Shown one piece after another: positions 16,205 to 25,437 of a stretch of 36,621 nt of DNA. A program made the translations under genes and the position numbers. Origin of the DNA: a virus (taxonomy: Duplodnaviria > Caudoviricetes); IMG/VR virus record IMGVR_UViG_3300020042_001310, positions 1 through 36,621 of that record. One strand, given 5' to 3'. Positions within the stretch are counted from its first letter, which is position 1; every line of letters begins with the position of its first letter. A model generated the notes under the pieces. It was not told the DNA's origin. It searched no databases and worked only from the letters and a program-made list of their open reading frames with translations.

Positions 16205-18638
16205 CTTATCCCCGTTAGGCGGTGCTGGCGCACAGTTTTTCAGCAATAATGGCGTACCACTCGCAGGCGGGTTATTATATACATACATAGCAGGGACATC
16301 AACCCCTGCTACGACTTACAATTCTAGTAGTGGAATAACTCCGCTCCCTAACCCTATCATACTAGACTCAGCAGGCCGAGTGCCTACAGGCGAGATTTGG
16401 TTATCTGACGGTATCAGTTACAAGTTTGTGTTAAAAGATGCTACAGACGTGCTAATCGCTACATGGGACAACCTGTCAGGTATTAATTCTAATTTCATTT
16501 CCTACACATCTCAACAACAGACTATAACGGCTACAGCAGGTCAAACGGTGTTTGATCTTACGATAGACTATGTACCAGGCGCTAATAACTTAGCTGTGTA
16601 TGTTAACGGTAGTAAACAAATCGTAACTACTAATTATACTGAAACTGACAGTAACACGGTCACGTTCTTAACTGGCCTCAATGTAGGCGATTTAGTGCAA
16701 GTTTCAACGGCTACACCAGTCGCAACTAATGCTACAACGGCAGCTAATGTGTCATACACACCAGCAGGCGCAAGCGCTGTAACTACTACCGTTCAAACCA
16801 AGTTGCGTGAGACTGTCAGCATTGATGATTTTGGTGCAGACCCAACTGGTGTGGCAGATAGTTACAGCGCCATTCAAGCCGCGTTAGCTTATGCTATGCC
16901 GCTTAGTTTAAATGTTATTGGAACTGGAAAATATAAAAGCAGCCAAACAATTTTAATACCAACATATCGAACTACTCCACCAGTAACTCTTGATTTTGTT
17001 GTAATGAATTTCACAATTAATCAATTGACTTACACCGCAATAACTGGTGCAGCAATTCAAGTTGAATCACCTGCGGCAACAGTTTATGTGAAAAAGTTAA
17101 TTGGCCCTGGCGGTTCAACAGTTACCTCTGGCCTAAAAATTACAGGTCAAGGCGATCCTGAGCATCGCGTTGATTATGTTACAGGATTTGGAACTAACGT
17201 TGATTTACTAAACGCTTATAGTCATACAGTTTGGATAGGTTATTGCCAAGACGCAGATGTTGGTGTTTTGTTAACTAACTGCAATCACATAAAAATTTAT
17301 GGTGGTCGAATTGGCGGGCAATTTACGAGCGGAGCAACTGCAACCGACGCAACAACTTGCGGGACTGGCGTTAAAATCATAGGCGGTACAGCCAATGAGG
17401 TTCATGCAACTATTGAATATTGCAAACGAACTTCAAGCTCAGTTGGTTTGTACGATCAAGGCACGGCAACGTACTATATTGGCTATTTAGAAAGTAGCGC
17501 ATTGTGGAACATTTACGCAATTGGAAGTGGTGGACGTTATTTCAGCGTTACAGACACAAATAGAGGGCCTTCAGGTGTTTACTTAGAGGGTGACAATGAG
17601 TTTTTCTTAACTAATCAAAAAGTTCAATCACAAGTTACGCCAATAGGCAGCAATACAACGTTGGCATTTGACACACCAAGCAAATTTGAAACGGAAGGGT
17701 TTGCTAAAATAAATGGCGTTCAAGGTTATACCGAGCAACAAATTACGGCTACAACAAGTGTACGCAATGAAATTTTTTATTCTTCTGATTTGACAAATGC
17801 TGCTTGGGTAAAGTCAATAATTGGTTCTGCTAACTGGGGTGCGGTTACTATTACAGCTAATCAGGCTGGATTTATTGAGGCTGGATATGAAAGCGCAACT
17901 AGATTTATATTTCCAGCATTGCCAGCTACTAATGACATTTACCGTTTAGGTCAATCTAGTCGCACTACCCAAATTGGCCCTTTAAATTATGGCTTTTGGA
18001 TTTGGGTTGAGTCAGGTGATATTGATGTTCAAGTGCGTATTCTTGAGATTACAAACAATGTGCAATCAAAGCAAGTTGTGCGTCTTGGGGCTTCAAACAA
18101 ATGGGTAAATGTTGCTGCAAAATACATGAAAACCTCAGCAAACGCAAGTGACGTGTTGTTTGAACTTCAATTTAGAACAACAGTCGGCGCAACGGTACGT
18201 ATTGCAAACGCTTATCTTGTTAATGATGCGGAAGTTTTCTTTGCACCTACAAATAGGGCTAATATTTACAAAAACAATATTAAAGGACTTGCTGTTAATG
18301 GCAATTCTTTTGATCAAGGTGTTAGAATTAATGGCGCACTTCAAAATCAAATTGCGCCCGCAGTTACGACTGCTAGTGAGTATTTATTGGAAAAAGGCAA
18401 CTATCCAGTTTATATTGTTTCTGGCGGCTGGACTGGGAATTTGTTTTTAGCAGATGCAAATTATAATGGTCAACGTATTGTTATTAAACGCGACGGTGTT
18501 GCAGCAACTGGCGTTATGCAATTACTTCCTGTGGGGACTATTGACGGATCAAGTGCAGCCATTAGCATAGCAACTATATACACATATTTAGAACTTATAT
18601 ATTCAACGGTTGCCGGTGGCTGGTTGCGGATAAACTAA
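16194..18638 (+). CDS. Major tailspike (virion-binding N-domain, beta-helix, probable carbohydrate-binding C-domains)
   Basis: N-terminal GVPLAGGLLYTY.AGT...NPIILDSAGR anchor, ATAGQTVF domain and VSIDDFGADPTGVADS beta-helix start. Confidence 0.82.
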   Translation: MSVNLSPLGGAGAQFFSNNGVPLAGGLLYTYIAGTSTPATTYNSSSGITPLPNPIILDSAGRVPTGEIWLSDGISYKFVLKDATDVLIATWDNLSGINSNFISYTSQQQTITATAGQTVFDLTIDYVPGANNLAVYVNGSKQIVTTNYTETDSNTVTFLTGLNVGDLVQVSTATPVATNATTAANVSYTPAGASAVTTTVQTKLRETVSIDDFGADPTGVADSYSAIQAALAYAMPLSLNVIGTGKYKSSQTILIPTYRTTPPVTLDFVVMNFTINQLTYTAITGAAIQVESPAATVYVKKLIGPGGSTVTSGLKITGQGDPEHRVDYVTGFGTNVDLLNAYSHTVWIGYCQDADVGVLLTNCNHIKIYGGRIGGQFTSGATATDATTCGTGVKIIGGTANEVHATIEYCKRTSSSVGLYDQGTATYYIGYLESSALWNIYAIGSGGRYFSVTDTNRGPSGVYLEGDNEFFLTNQKVQSQVTPIGSNTTLAFDTPSKFETEGFAKINGVQGYTEQQITATTSVRNEIFYSSDLTNAAWVKSIIGSANWGAVTITANQAGFIEAGYESATRFIFPALPATNDIYRLGQSSRTTQIGPLNYGFWIWVESGDIDVQVRILEITNNVQSKQVVRLGASNKWVNVAAKYMKTSANASDVLFELQFRTTVGATVRIANAYLVNDAEVFFAPTNRANIYKNNIKGLAVNGNSFDQGVRINGALQNQIAPAVTTASEYLLEKGNYPVYIVSGGWTGNLFLADANYNGQRIVIKRDGVAATGVMQLLPVGTIDGSSAAISIATIYTYLELIYSTVAGGWLRIN

Positions 18639-18690
18639 GATTAACATGACACAGCAATTAGTTACATCGATGCAGGAAAAAGGATAACAG

Positions 18691-19161
18691 ATGGCTACTA
18701 TGCCTCAAGAATGGCACGATTTAAGAGATGCAAACACGCACCGTTGGTTTTTAGGCCACGTAGAAGCATTAGAGTGTATTGATAATATTCTTTCAGCATT
18801 TGAATTATGGGATGATTTGATTGACAAAGATGTAGAACTTGAGGACGAACACGTCCATAGAATCTTTGTTAATCTATTGTTTGTTTTACCGCAGAATAAA
18901 TGGTTTGTAGCAAACACGGCGTATTACATGCCTTTATTAATGACGTGCTTTAGTGCGTTTTTTGACTCAAATAAAATGTGTTTAAGCGAAAAGAAACATG
19001 TTCGCAACTTAGCTTTTCATATCCGCAACTTAGGGATAGAACTGTACATAGCAACAGCTTTCTTGTTAGGTGGATATAATCACATGCGTGAAGTTTCACG
19101 CGAGATACGCGAGTTTTTCGCGTTTGAAACTTTTGAAGAATGGGAGTATTACAATGGCTAG
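18691..19161 (+). CDS. All-alpha DDxxDxD protein, isoprenoid-synthase/prenyltransferase-like
   Basis: ELWDDLIDKD (D41-D47) at the end of an amphipathic helix. 156 aa, RBS AAAGGA, overlaps the next gene. Confidence 0.5.
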   Translation: MATMPQEWHDLRDANTHRWFLGHVEALECIDNILSAFELWDDLIDKDVELEDEHVHRIFVNLLFVLPQNKWFVANTAYYMPLLMTCFSAFFDSNKMCLSEKKHVRNLAFHIRNLGIELYIATAFLLGGYNHMREVSREIREFFAFETFEEWEYYNG

Positions 19162-19921
19162 TGTAGTTTCAGGATTAATTTCAGCAGGGGCAAGCTTACT
19201 TGGTGGAGCAATGTCATCTAATGCAGCGGAGAACGCAGCGGAGACGCAAGCCGCTGCCGCTAATCGTGCAGCAGACCTTGAATATAAAATGTTTAAAGAA
19301 AATCAGGCTGCGCAAAAGCCGTTTCTTGAAGCTGGCTATAAAGGTCAAAACAGACTACTAGACTTGTTAGGTCTTAGCGCTAACACAGGTGCGGCAGGCT
19401 ATGGCTCTGCGGCTAGAAATTTTGGTATGTCAGACTTTCAAGCAGACCCTGGCTACGGCTTCCGTATGTCAGAAGGAGTTAAAGCACTTGATCGCTCTGC
19501 CGCATCACGCGGTGGTTTGTTGTCAGGCGCTACGTTAAAAGGCGCTCAACGTTTTGGTCAAGACTTAGGTTCACAAGAATATCAAAACGCGTACAATCGC
19601 TATCAGACTAACCGCGCAAACATCTTGAACCCTCTACAAAGTCTTGCAGGTCAAGGCCAAACAACAGCCAATACGTTAGGTACAGCAGGTCAGAACTATG
19701 CGACTAACGCAGGTAACGCGTACATGAACGCAGGTAATGCTGCCGCGTCAGGCTACGTTGGTAGCGCTAATGCGTGGAGTAACGCGCTTGGCGGTGCAGC
19801 TAATATGTATAACCAACAACAAATGATGAACCAAATGTTCCCTAGTGCAGGTCCGTATACAAGTGCCTCTAATTTTGAGTCGCGAATGGGACTTCCACAA
19901 ACAGGGTATAATAGACCTTAA
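19154..19921 (+). CDS. Ejection/DNA transfer protein 1 (P22 gp7-like)
   Basis: Likely start ATG 19154 after GGGAG (MASVVSGLISAGASLLGG...). Hydrophobic G/A N-terminus and DPGYGFR..EG..A..RSAA.RGGLLSG motif. Confidence 0.8.
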   Translation: MASVVSGLISAGASLLGGAMSSNAAENAAETQAAAANRAADLEYKMFKENQAAQKPFLEAGYKGQNRLLDLLGLSANTGAAGYGSAARNFGMSDFQADPGYGFRMSEGVKALDRSAASRGGLLSGATLKGAQRFGQDLGSQEYQNAYNRYQTNRANILNPLQSLAGQGQTTANTLGTAGQNYATNAGNAYMNAGNAAASGYVGSANAWSNALGGAANMYNQQQMMNQMFPSAGPYTSASNFESRMGLPQTGYNRP

Positions 19922-19934
19922 TAAGGATTAAATC

Positions 19935-21200
19935 ATGGCTATTGACGCAAGTATCGCTTTAGGGGTTAAACCAGTTCAGTTAGAGTCACCTATTAATCAG
20001 ATGGCTAACGTCTACGCTTTGCAAAACGCACAGCAGTCTAATCAGCTTAATCAGATGAAGATGGAAGAGTATAAGCGTGGTATAGCAAACACGGAACGTA
20101 GAAATGCGTTACTAGGTGGCTTTGCGCCAGATATGAGCGTAGACCAACAAGTAAACGCATTAGCTAGAGGTGGGTTCTTAGATGATGCTAAAGCTTTGGC
20201 TGAATCTGCGGCTAAGGTAGGAAAAGAAAAACGGGAAAGTGAATTAGCTGCTTCAACACTTAAAGCTAACAGCATTAAGTTCCACCGCGATTTATTGCCT
20301 ACGGTTAGAGATCAAGCCTCATACGAAAAATGGGGTGTAAACGCAATTAAAGACATCCCTGAACTAGGTAAAATGTTACCTGCGCAGTATGATCCTGCGC
20401 TTATTCCGCAACTAGCTATGTCTGCGGATAAATATATTGAAGCTAACAAGCCTCAAATATTGCAACAAAACTTAGGCGGTAAAGCTAATATTGTAAGCGT
20501 AAATCCATATACAGGAAAACAAGAAATAGTAAGCTCTTCTGCAATGTCTTTAGCGCCAGGTGAACAGCAAAGACTTGCAAATGAAAATAAACGCATAGAC
20601 CTTGAACGTCAACGTATAGCTAACGATCAAAACCCAAGTATTGTGTCGCATCAGCAAGTGTCTGAAAATGGTACTGTTACTAACTTTAATAAGTTTGGTC
20701 AAGTAATTGGAACTGTTGAGGGTGCAGGTAAACCTAGCGCACAATTTACTAAGACTAAAGAACAATCTAAGAAACTTAACACAGACCTTAACTTAACTAT
20801 TACTGAACTTGAAAATGCAACTAAGGACGGCGGGTTAATTGATCAGTCTACAGGTAGTGGCCTTGGTAAAGCAGCTAATGTTGTCAGAGGTTTTGTAACT
20901 GGTGGCGCAAGTTCAGGTGCAATTGCTGGCGCTAAACTGGCGCCTATTGCTGACTTGGCACTTAAAATGGTCCCGCGTTTTGAAGGCCCACAATCAGATA
21001 AAGATACGCAGTCATACAAAGAAGCGGCAGGTCAATTGGCAGACACATCTATCCCTAATGAAATCCGTAAAGAAGCAGGTAAAACTGTATTGCGTCTAAT
21101 GAAAGCGCGTAAGAATCAGTTTGTTACGCAAGATATGGCACAAGAAGGCGTAGTACCTTCTGCAGGTAGCGTAGACTCATCTAACCCGTTATTAAAGTAA
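19935..21200 (+). CDS. Ejection/internal virion protein 2
   Basis: Helical, Q/A-rich, 421 aa. Second gene of the three-gene ejection block (positional). Confidence 0.6.
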   Translation: MAIDASIALGVKPVQLESPINQMANVYALQNAQQSNQLNQMKMEEYKRGIANTERRNALLGGFAPDMSVDQQVNALARGGFLDDAKALAESAAKVGKEKRESELAASTLKANSIKFHRDLLPTVRDQASYEKWGVNAIKDIPELGKMLPAQYDPALIPQLAMSADKYIEANKPQILQQNLGGKANIVSVNPYTGKQEIVSSSAMSLAPGEQQRLANENKRIDLERQRIANDQNPSIVSHQQVSENGTVTNFNKFGQVIGTVEGAGKPSAQFTKTKEQSKKLNTDLNLTITELENATKDGGLIDQSTGSGLGKAANVVRGFVTGGASSGAIAGAKLAPIADLALKMVPRFEGPQSDKDTQSYKEAAGQLADTSIPNEIRKEAGKTVLRLMKARKNQFVTQDMAQEGVVPSAGSVDSSNPLLK

Positions 21201-21211
21201 TAGGATAAATT

Positions 21212-22963
21212 ATGGCCGCTACACTTGCTGACGTATTAAAAGACCCTAACTATGTCAACGCTAACGCCGCGACTAAAGCGGCTATCTTTGATAAATTTTC
21301 TGCTAAAGATACAAACTACACTAGTGCAAATGATGCAACTAAACTAGCTATCCGTACTAAGTTTGGCGTAGAAGCCCCGACGTTAACGCCCGTAGCGCCT
21401 GCTGCGGATGCAATTCCTAAGCGTGATTTAATTAAGGAGTATGGCTATCCTGCATTAGAAGCAACTTTAGGTACTGTAGGAGCTATAGTTGGCGGTGTAC
21501 CTGGCACCGTAGCAGGTCCAGTAGGTACGCTTGCTGGCGGTGTTGCTGGCGGTGGATTAGGCTACGCAGCCGCTAAAGAAATTGAAAAGCTATATGAAGA
21601 ACAAAAGGGAACACGTAAGCCTGTTGGTTTAACTGAAGGGTTATCCGATGCAGCTAAAAATGTATTAACTGGCGCAGCATACGAGGCGGGGGGCAGAATA
21701 ATTTTACCGCCAGTTGCTAAAGCCGCGGGTTGGATTGTTGATAGAGCGACAGGTAAGCTTATTCAAATTAAAGCAGGTAAGATTGTACAAGAACTTGCAG
21801 GCCCTAACTTAGACGCAATTAAAGCCGCAGCAGCTTCAGCGCCTAAAGACTTAACAGCAGGACAAGCTATTGCAGGCGTAGAAGCTGCACCATTGCAAGC
21901 ACTTGGGGCAAAAGCCGTAGAACTTAAACCATACACTTATAGACCGGTATTACAAGGTCAAGAAGAAGCGCGTATGGCTAACTTGCAAGGCGTCACTCCT
22001 GACAAAGCTGTAGCTGAAACTGCACGTACAGCGGCAGCAGAACCTTTATATACGCAAGCAAATAAAGCTATCATTTCTATTGACCCTCAATTAAACGCAA
22101 TATTTAATCGCTTGCCTGAAGGTACTATTAACGCGGCAAAAGAAATAGCTAAACGTGAAGGGCGCCCATTTATATTTGGTCAAACTATACCTGGTACGCA
22201 AACCGCAACTAGAGTAGGCGGTACACCGCAAATTACAGGTGAATCACTACATTACATAAAACGTGCGCTATCTGATATTGCTAACTCTCAAGCAACTAAA
22301 AACGTAGGCGTTGACGCACAACGTGCGACGCAAGGTGTATTAACAGATTTTCTGTCCGCCGTAGAAGCTAGAATACCAGAGTATGGTCAAGCTAGACAAG
22401 CGTTTAAAGTAGGCTCAGAACCAGTTAATCAAGCTGTAGTATTAAATCAAATGCGTTCTATATTAAGCACACCTGAAGGTAAAGAATCTGTAAAACCGTT
22501 TCTTAATTCATTGGGTAAAGGCGAACAGGCATTACTTAAAAAAGCAACGGGATATGCTAGATACGAAGAAGGCGATTTAGCTAAAGTATTAACGCCGCAA
22601 CAAATGGATACAGTTAACAATATTGCTGAACAATTAGTTCGCAACAGTATTATAGCTGAACAAGCTAAAGCTGGCGCAGGGATGTTTAGAGAAGTTGTAG
22701 GTAAGAATTTAAAAGGGTATGAAATCCCTAATATTCTTGACCCTAGAGTAGCGGTCACAAATAAAACTATCAATATTTTACGTGATAAAGTAAACAAGAA
22801 AACTATGGATGTGTTAACTGAAGGCATGCGTTCAGGCGAATCATTAAACACTTTACTTAATACGCTTCCTACGGCTCAACGTAATGCGGTATACCTAGCT
22901 ATACAAAAAGACCTTGCATTACAATCTAGTATTTCACAATCAGTAAACGCATTAGCACAATAG
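21212..22963 (+). CDS. Ejection/internal virion protein 3
   Basis: 583 aa with a glycine-zipper hydrophobic stretch (GTVGAIVGGVPG...GGVAGGGLG). Last gene before the lysis cassette. Confidence 0.6.
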   Translation: MAATLADVLKDPNYVNANAATKAAIFDKFSAKDTNYTSANDATKLAIRTKFGVEAPTLTPVAPAADAIPKRDLIKEYGYPALEATLGTVGAIVGGVPGTVAGPVGTLAGGVAGGGLGYAAAKEIEKLYEEQKGTRKPVGLTEGLSDAAKNVLTGAAYEAGGRIILPPVAKAAGWIVDRATGKLIQIKAGKIVQELAGPNLDAIKAAAASAPKDLTAGQAIAGVEAAPLQALGAKAVELKPYTYRPVLQGQEEARMANLQGVTPDKAVAETARTAAAEPLYTQANKAIISIDPQLNAIFNRLPEGTINAAKEIAKREGRPFIFGQTIPGTQTATRVGGTPQITGESLHYIKRALSDIANSQATKNVGVDAQRATQGVLTDFLSAVEARIPEYGQARQAFKVGSEPVNQAVVLNQMRSILSTPEGKESVKPFLNSLGKGEQALLKKATGYARYEEGDLAKVLTPQQMDTVNNIAEQLVRNSIIAEQAKAGAGMFREVVGKNLKGYEIPNILDPRVAVTNKTINILRDKVNKKTMDVLTEGMRSGESLNTLLNTLPTAQRNAVYLAIQKDLALQSSISQSVNALAQ

Positions 22964-22972
22964 GACTTTATC

Positions 22973-23245
22973 ATGGACGATCAGACAACCCGACTGAATA
23001 GAATTGAAGAGAAGCTGGATAAGGTAGGCGAAGCAATCATCTCTTTAGCACGTATGGAAGAACGCATGATTACCTTATTTAGACGTATGGATTCATACGA
23101 TGAAAGACAGAATACTATTGAAGGTAGAGTGAACAAGATTGAAGTGACATCAGCAACTTCAAGTGAGAAAGTAAGTTGGGTTGATAAATTTTTATGGATT
23201 TTTATTGCGGCCTTAATTAGTGGAAGTATATACCTTGGTAAATAG
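22973..23245 (+). CDS. Coiled-coil protein with C-terminal TM helix (holin-like/XhlA-like)
   Basis: RLNRIEEKLDK heptads and a single C-terminal TM (FLWIFIAALISGSIYL). Precedes the endolysin. Confidence 0.6.
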   Translation: MDDQTTRLNRIEEKLDKVGEAIISLARMEERMITLFRRMDSYDERQNTIEGRVNKIEVTSATSSEKVSWVDKFLWIFIAALISGSIYLGK

Positions 23246-23651
23246 CCGTAATCTGTCAGACCTTCATCCTAGAGTTAAAACACTATGTGAACGATTCATA
23301 TTTTCATGCGCCAAGCAAAATATTGATGTGATCATCACGTCAACTTATCGTGACGCTGAAAGCCAAAATGCGTTATACGCGCAAGGGCGTACAACACCAG
23401 GCAAGATAGTCACTAACGCTAAGGCAGGTCAGTCGTTCCATAACTGGCGCGTAGCGTTTGACTTCTGTCCAATCGTTAATGGTAAATGTCAATGGGATAA
23501 CAAAGCGCTTTTTACTGCTTGCGGAATCATTGCAGAAGAGTTAGGCTTGGAATGGGCTGGTCGTTGGACTGGCAAGTTCCGTGAATTAGCGCATTGTCAG
23601 TTTACAGGCGGATTAACTTTACAAGACTTTCAATCAGGTAAAACACTATGA
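23235..23651 (+). CDS. Endolysin, M15 family L-Ala-D-Glu peptidase
   Basis: YR...Q..LYAQGRT.PG.IVTNAK.GQSFHN...AFD, WAGRW and ELAHCQ Zn-peptidase motifs. Start at TTG 23235 is inferred (the ORF track uses 23220). Confidence 0.9.
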   Translation: MVNSRNLSDLHPRVKTLCERFIFSCAKQNIDVIITSTYRDAESQNALYAQGRTTPGKIVTNAKAGQSFHNWRVAFDFCPIVNGKCQWDNKALFTACGIIAEELGLEWAGRWTGKFRELAHCQFTGGLTLQDFQSGKTL

Positions 23652-23836
23652 AGCGTTGGTATAAATCCAAAGTCCTATGGTTTAACTTTATTGTAGGCAT
23701 AGGAGCAGCATGTGAAGCATCTCTTAATATTGTGCAAGGCTATTTTGATCCTCGTGTATATTTCGCTGTTGTTGCCTTTGTGTCTGGTGTTAACATGGCT
23801 CTACGTGTTATATCTACTACTAAGCTCACCAAATGA
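23648..23836 (+). CDS. Putative holin (2 TM)
   Basis: 62 aa, KRWYKSKVLWFN start, two hydrophobic segments, LRVISTT end. Lies between endolysin and spanin. Confidence 0.7.
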   Translation: MKRWYKSKVLWFNFIVGIGAACEASLNIVQGYFDPRVYFAVVAFVSGVNMALRVISTTKLTK

Positions 23837-24288
23837 ATCTATTAATACTGTATTGGAAACAGATCGCCGTGGCCTGCGCATTGTTAGGCGCTTTGCTTGT
23901 TGGGTATTATCAAGGATATTCAAGCGAAAAGGCAAAGTTTGATGCGTTCAAGCTAGAGCTAAAGGTGCGTACTGAAGCCCTGCAACAAAAGAATAACGCA
24001 ATCGTCACCGAACAGAAACAAATTACTTCTAATGTAGCGAAGGAATATGCAAATGCAGTCAAGAAACTTAATGCTTACTATGCTGCTCATCCTACTATTA
24101 AATGGGTGCGCAACACAGATACCCGTGACGTGTCCGACATTTCCGACACCCCCGAAAGCATTGATGGAAAAACCGAAAGCGATGTACTTAGTACCGTCAA
24201 CGCTAGTCCCTTAGACTGCGCGTCTGACGTCTTACAATTGCTACACTTACAAGAGTGGGTTAGAGACCAAGAAAATGTTAATAGATGA
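23833..24288 (+). CDS. Rz: Inner-membrane spanin (Rz-like)
   Basis: N-terminal TM followed by a coiled coil, C-terminal C...QL..LQEWV. Contains an embedded lipoprotein ORF. Confidence 0.82.
   Translation: MNLLILYWKQIAVACALLGALLVGYYQGYSSEKAKFDAFKLELKVRTEALQQKNNAIVTEQKQITSNVAKEYANAVKKLNAYYAAHPTIKWVRNTDTRDVSDISDTPESIDGKTESDVLSTVNASPLDCASDVLQLLHLQEWVRDQENVNR
24053..24214 (+). CDS. Rz1: Outer-membrane spanin lipoprotein (Rz1-like), embedded in the +1 frame of Rz
   Basis: Not in ORF track. RBS AAGGA at 24040-24044. MQSRNLMLTMLLILLLNG-CATQIPVTCPTFPTPPKALMEKPKAMYLVPSTLVP has a lipobox LNGC and a Pro-rich mature part. Confidence 0.88.
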   Translation: MQSRNLMLTMLLILLLNGCATQIPVTCPTFPTPPKALMEKPKAMYLVPSTLVP

Positions 24289-25435
24289 AGGTTTAAAGAC
24301 TTACGCAACAGAACGCCAATCAGAATACATAGATGCAGTCAACGAATACGGTGGATTTAGGTCTGCCGCCAGATCACTAAACATTAACCATAGCACGATT
24401 GTAGAAGCCATCGGTATACTACGCCGTCGTGCTGCCACAAGCGGATACGCACCTGAGCAAGACATGGTGCGACCTGTACCTGAGCCGTTCATTGTTAGAG
24501 GTGTGTCAACCTACTACAACGCTGAAGGTAAAGCGTCAGGTCAATGGGTCAAGTCTAAGATAGACGACAGCAAACTGCAAGAGATGATGAAGGCAGTCAT
24601 TGACGGCATGAAAGAGGACATCCCTCGTTTGACTGCGCTACCTGCACCTGCACTCGGTAACGACAACCTACTTAACTGTTACGTTATAACTGACTACCAT
24701 CTAGGCATGCTTGCCTGGGATGAAGAGGCTGGTGAGAACTGGGACCTTGACATTGCACAAGCGTTAGTAGTCAAGTGGTTTGAGCAGGCCATCGCTCAGT
24801 CACCTAACGCAGACACAGCCGTGTTTGCACAACTATCAGACTTCTTACACTTCGATGGCATGGACGCAGTAACGCCAGCATCTAAACATTTACTTGATGT
24901 AGACACACGCTTTGCTAAAGTCGTGCGTTCAGCAATCCGTGTACTACGCACAGTTATTGACATGCTGCTTGCTAAACACCAACACGTACACATTATCTTG
25001 GCAGATGCTAACCACGATCCTGTGTCACAGATATGGCTACGTGAGTGGTTCAGCGTATTGTATGAGAACGAACCGCGCATAACGGTTGACAAGTCGCCTA
25101 ACCCGTACAACGCGTATGAGTTTGGTAAGACTGCGCTGTTCTTTCATCACGGACATAAACGTAAAGTAACAAACGTATCAGAAGTGTTTGCAGGTCAGTT
25201 CCGTGAAATGTTTGGGCGTACTAAACACGCCTACGCACACATGGGTCATTATCATTCTATTGACGTTAAAGAAAACAACTTGATGATTGTCGAGCAACAT
25301 CGTACACTAGCACCAGGTGATGCGTATTCTGCTCGTGGCGGATGGCTGTCAGGTAGAGATGCAAAAGTGATTACCTATTCAAAACAGTTTGGTGAAGTAA
25401 GCCGACTAACTATTAACTCTGATATGCTGAGGTAA
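24275..25435 (+). CDS. Calcineurin-like metallophosphoesterase with N-terminal HTH
   Basis: Metal-binding motifs ITDYHLG, SDFLHFD, ANHD, HHGH and GHYH. N-terminal GGFRSAARSLNINHSTI HTH. Confidence 0.8.
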   Translation: MLIDEGLKTYATERQSEYIDAVNEYGGFRSAARSLNINHSTIVEAIGILRRRAATSGYAPEQDMVRPVPEPFIVRGVSTYYNAEGKASGQWVKSKIDDSKLQEMMKAVIDGMKEDIPRLTALPAPALGNDNLLNCYVITDYHLGMLAWDEEAGENWDLDIAQALVVKWFEQAIAQSPNADTAVFAQLSDFLHFDGMDAVTPASKHLLDVDTRFAKVVRSAIRVLRTVIDMLLAKHQHVHIILADANHDPVSQIWLREWFSVLYENEPRITVDKSPNPYNAYEFGKTALFFHHGHKRKVTNVSEVFAGQFREMFGRTKHAYAHMGHYHSIDVKENNLMIVEQHRTLAPGDAYSARGGWLSGRDAKVITYSKQFGEVSRLTINSDMLR

Positions 25436-25437
25436 CT

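Noticed and set aside
11966-18638. Diversity-generating retroelement or invertible tail-fibre cassette
   Set aside because: No reverse transcriptase, invertase or template/variable repeat pair seen by eye. A self-dotplot would be needed to exclude short repeats fully.
19070-19153. N-terminal extension of the ejection protein given by the ORF track
   Set aside because: Overlaps the upstream gene by about 90 nt. ATG 19154 has an SD and gives a typical hydrophobic N-terminus.
23712-23942. Hydrophobic alternate-frame ORF as o-spanin or antiholin
   Set aside because: No lipobox and a weak start. The o-spanin is better explained by 24053..24214.
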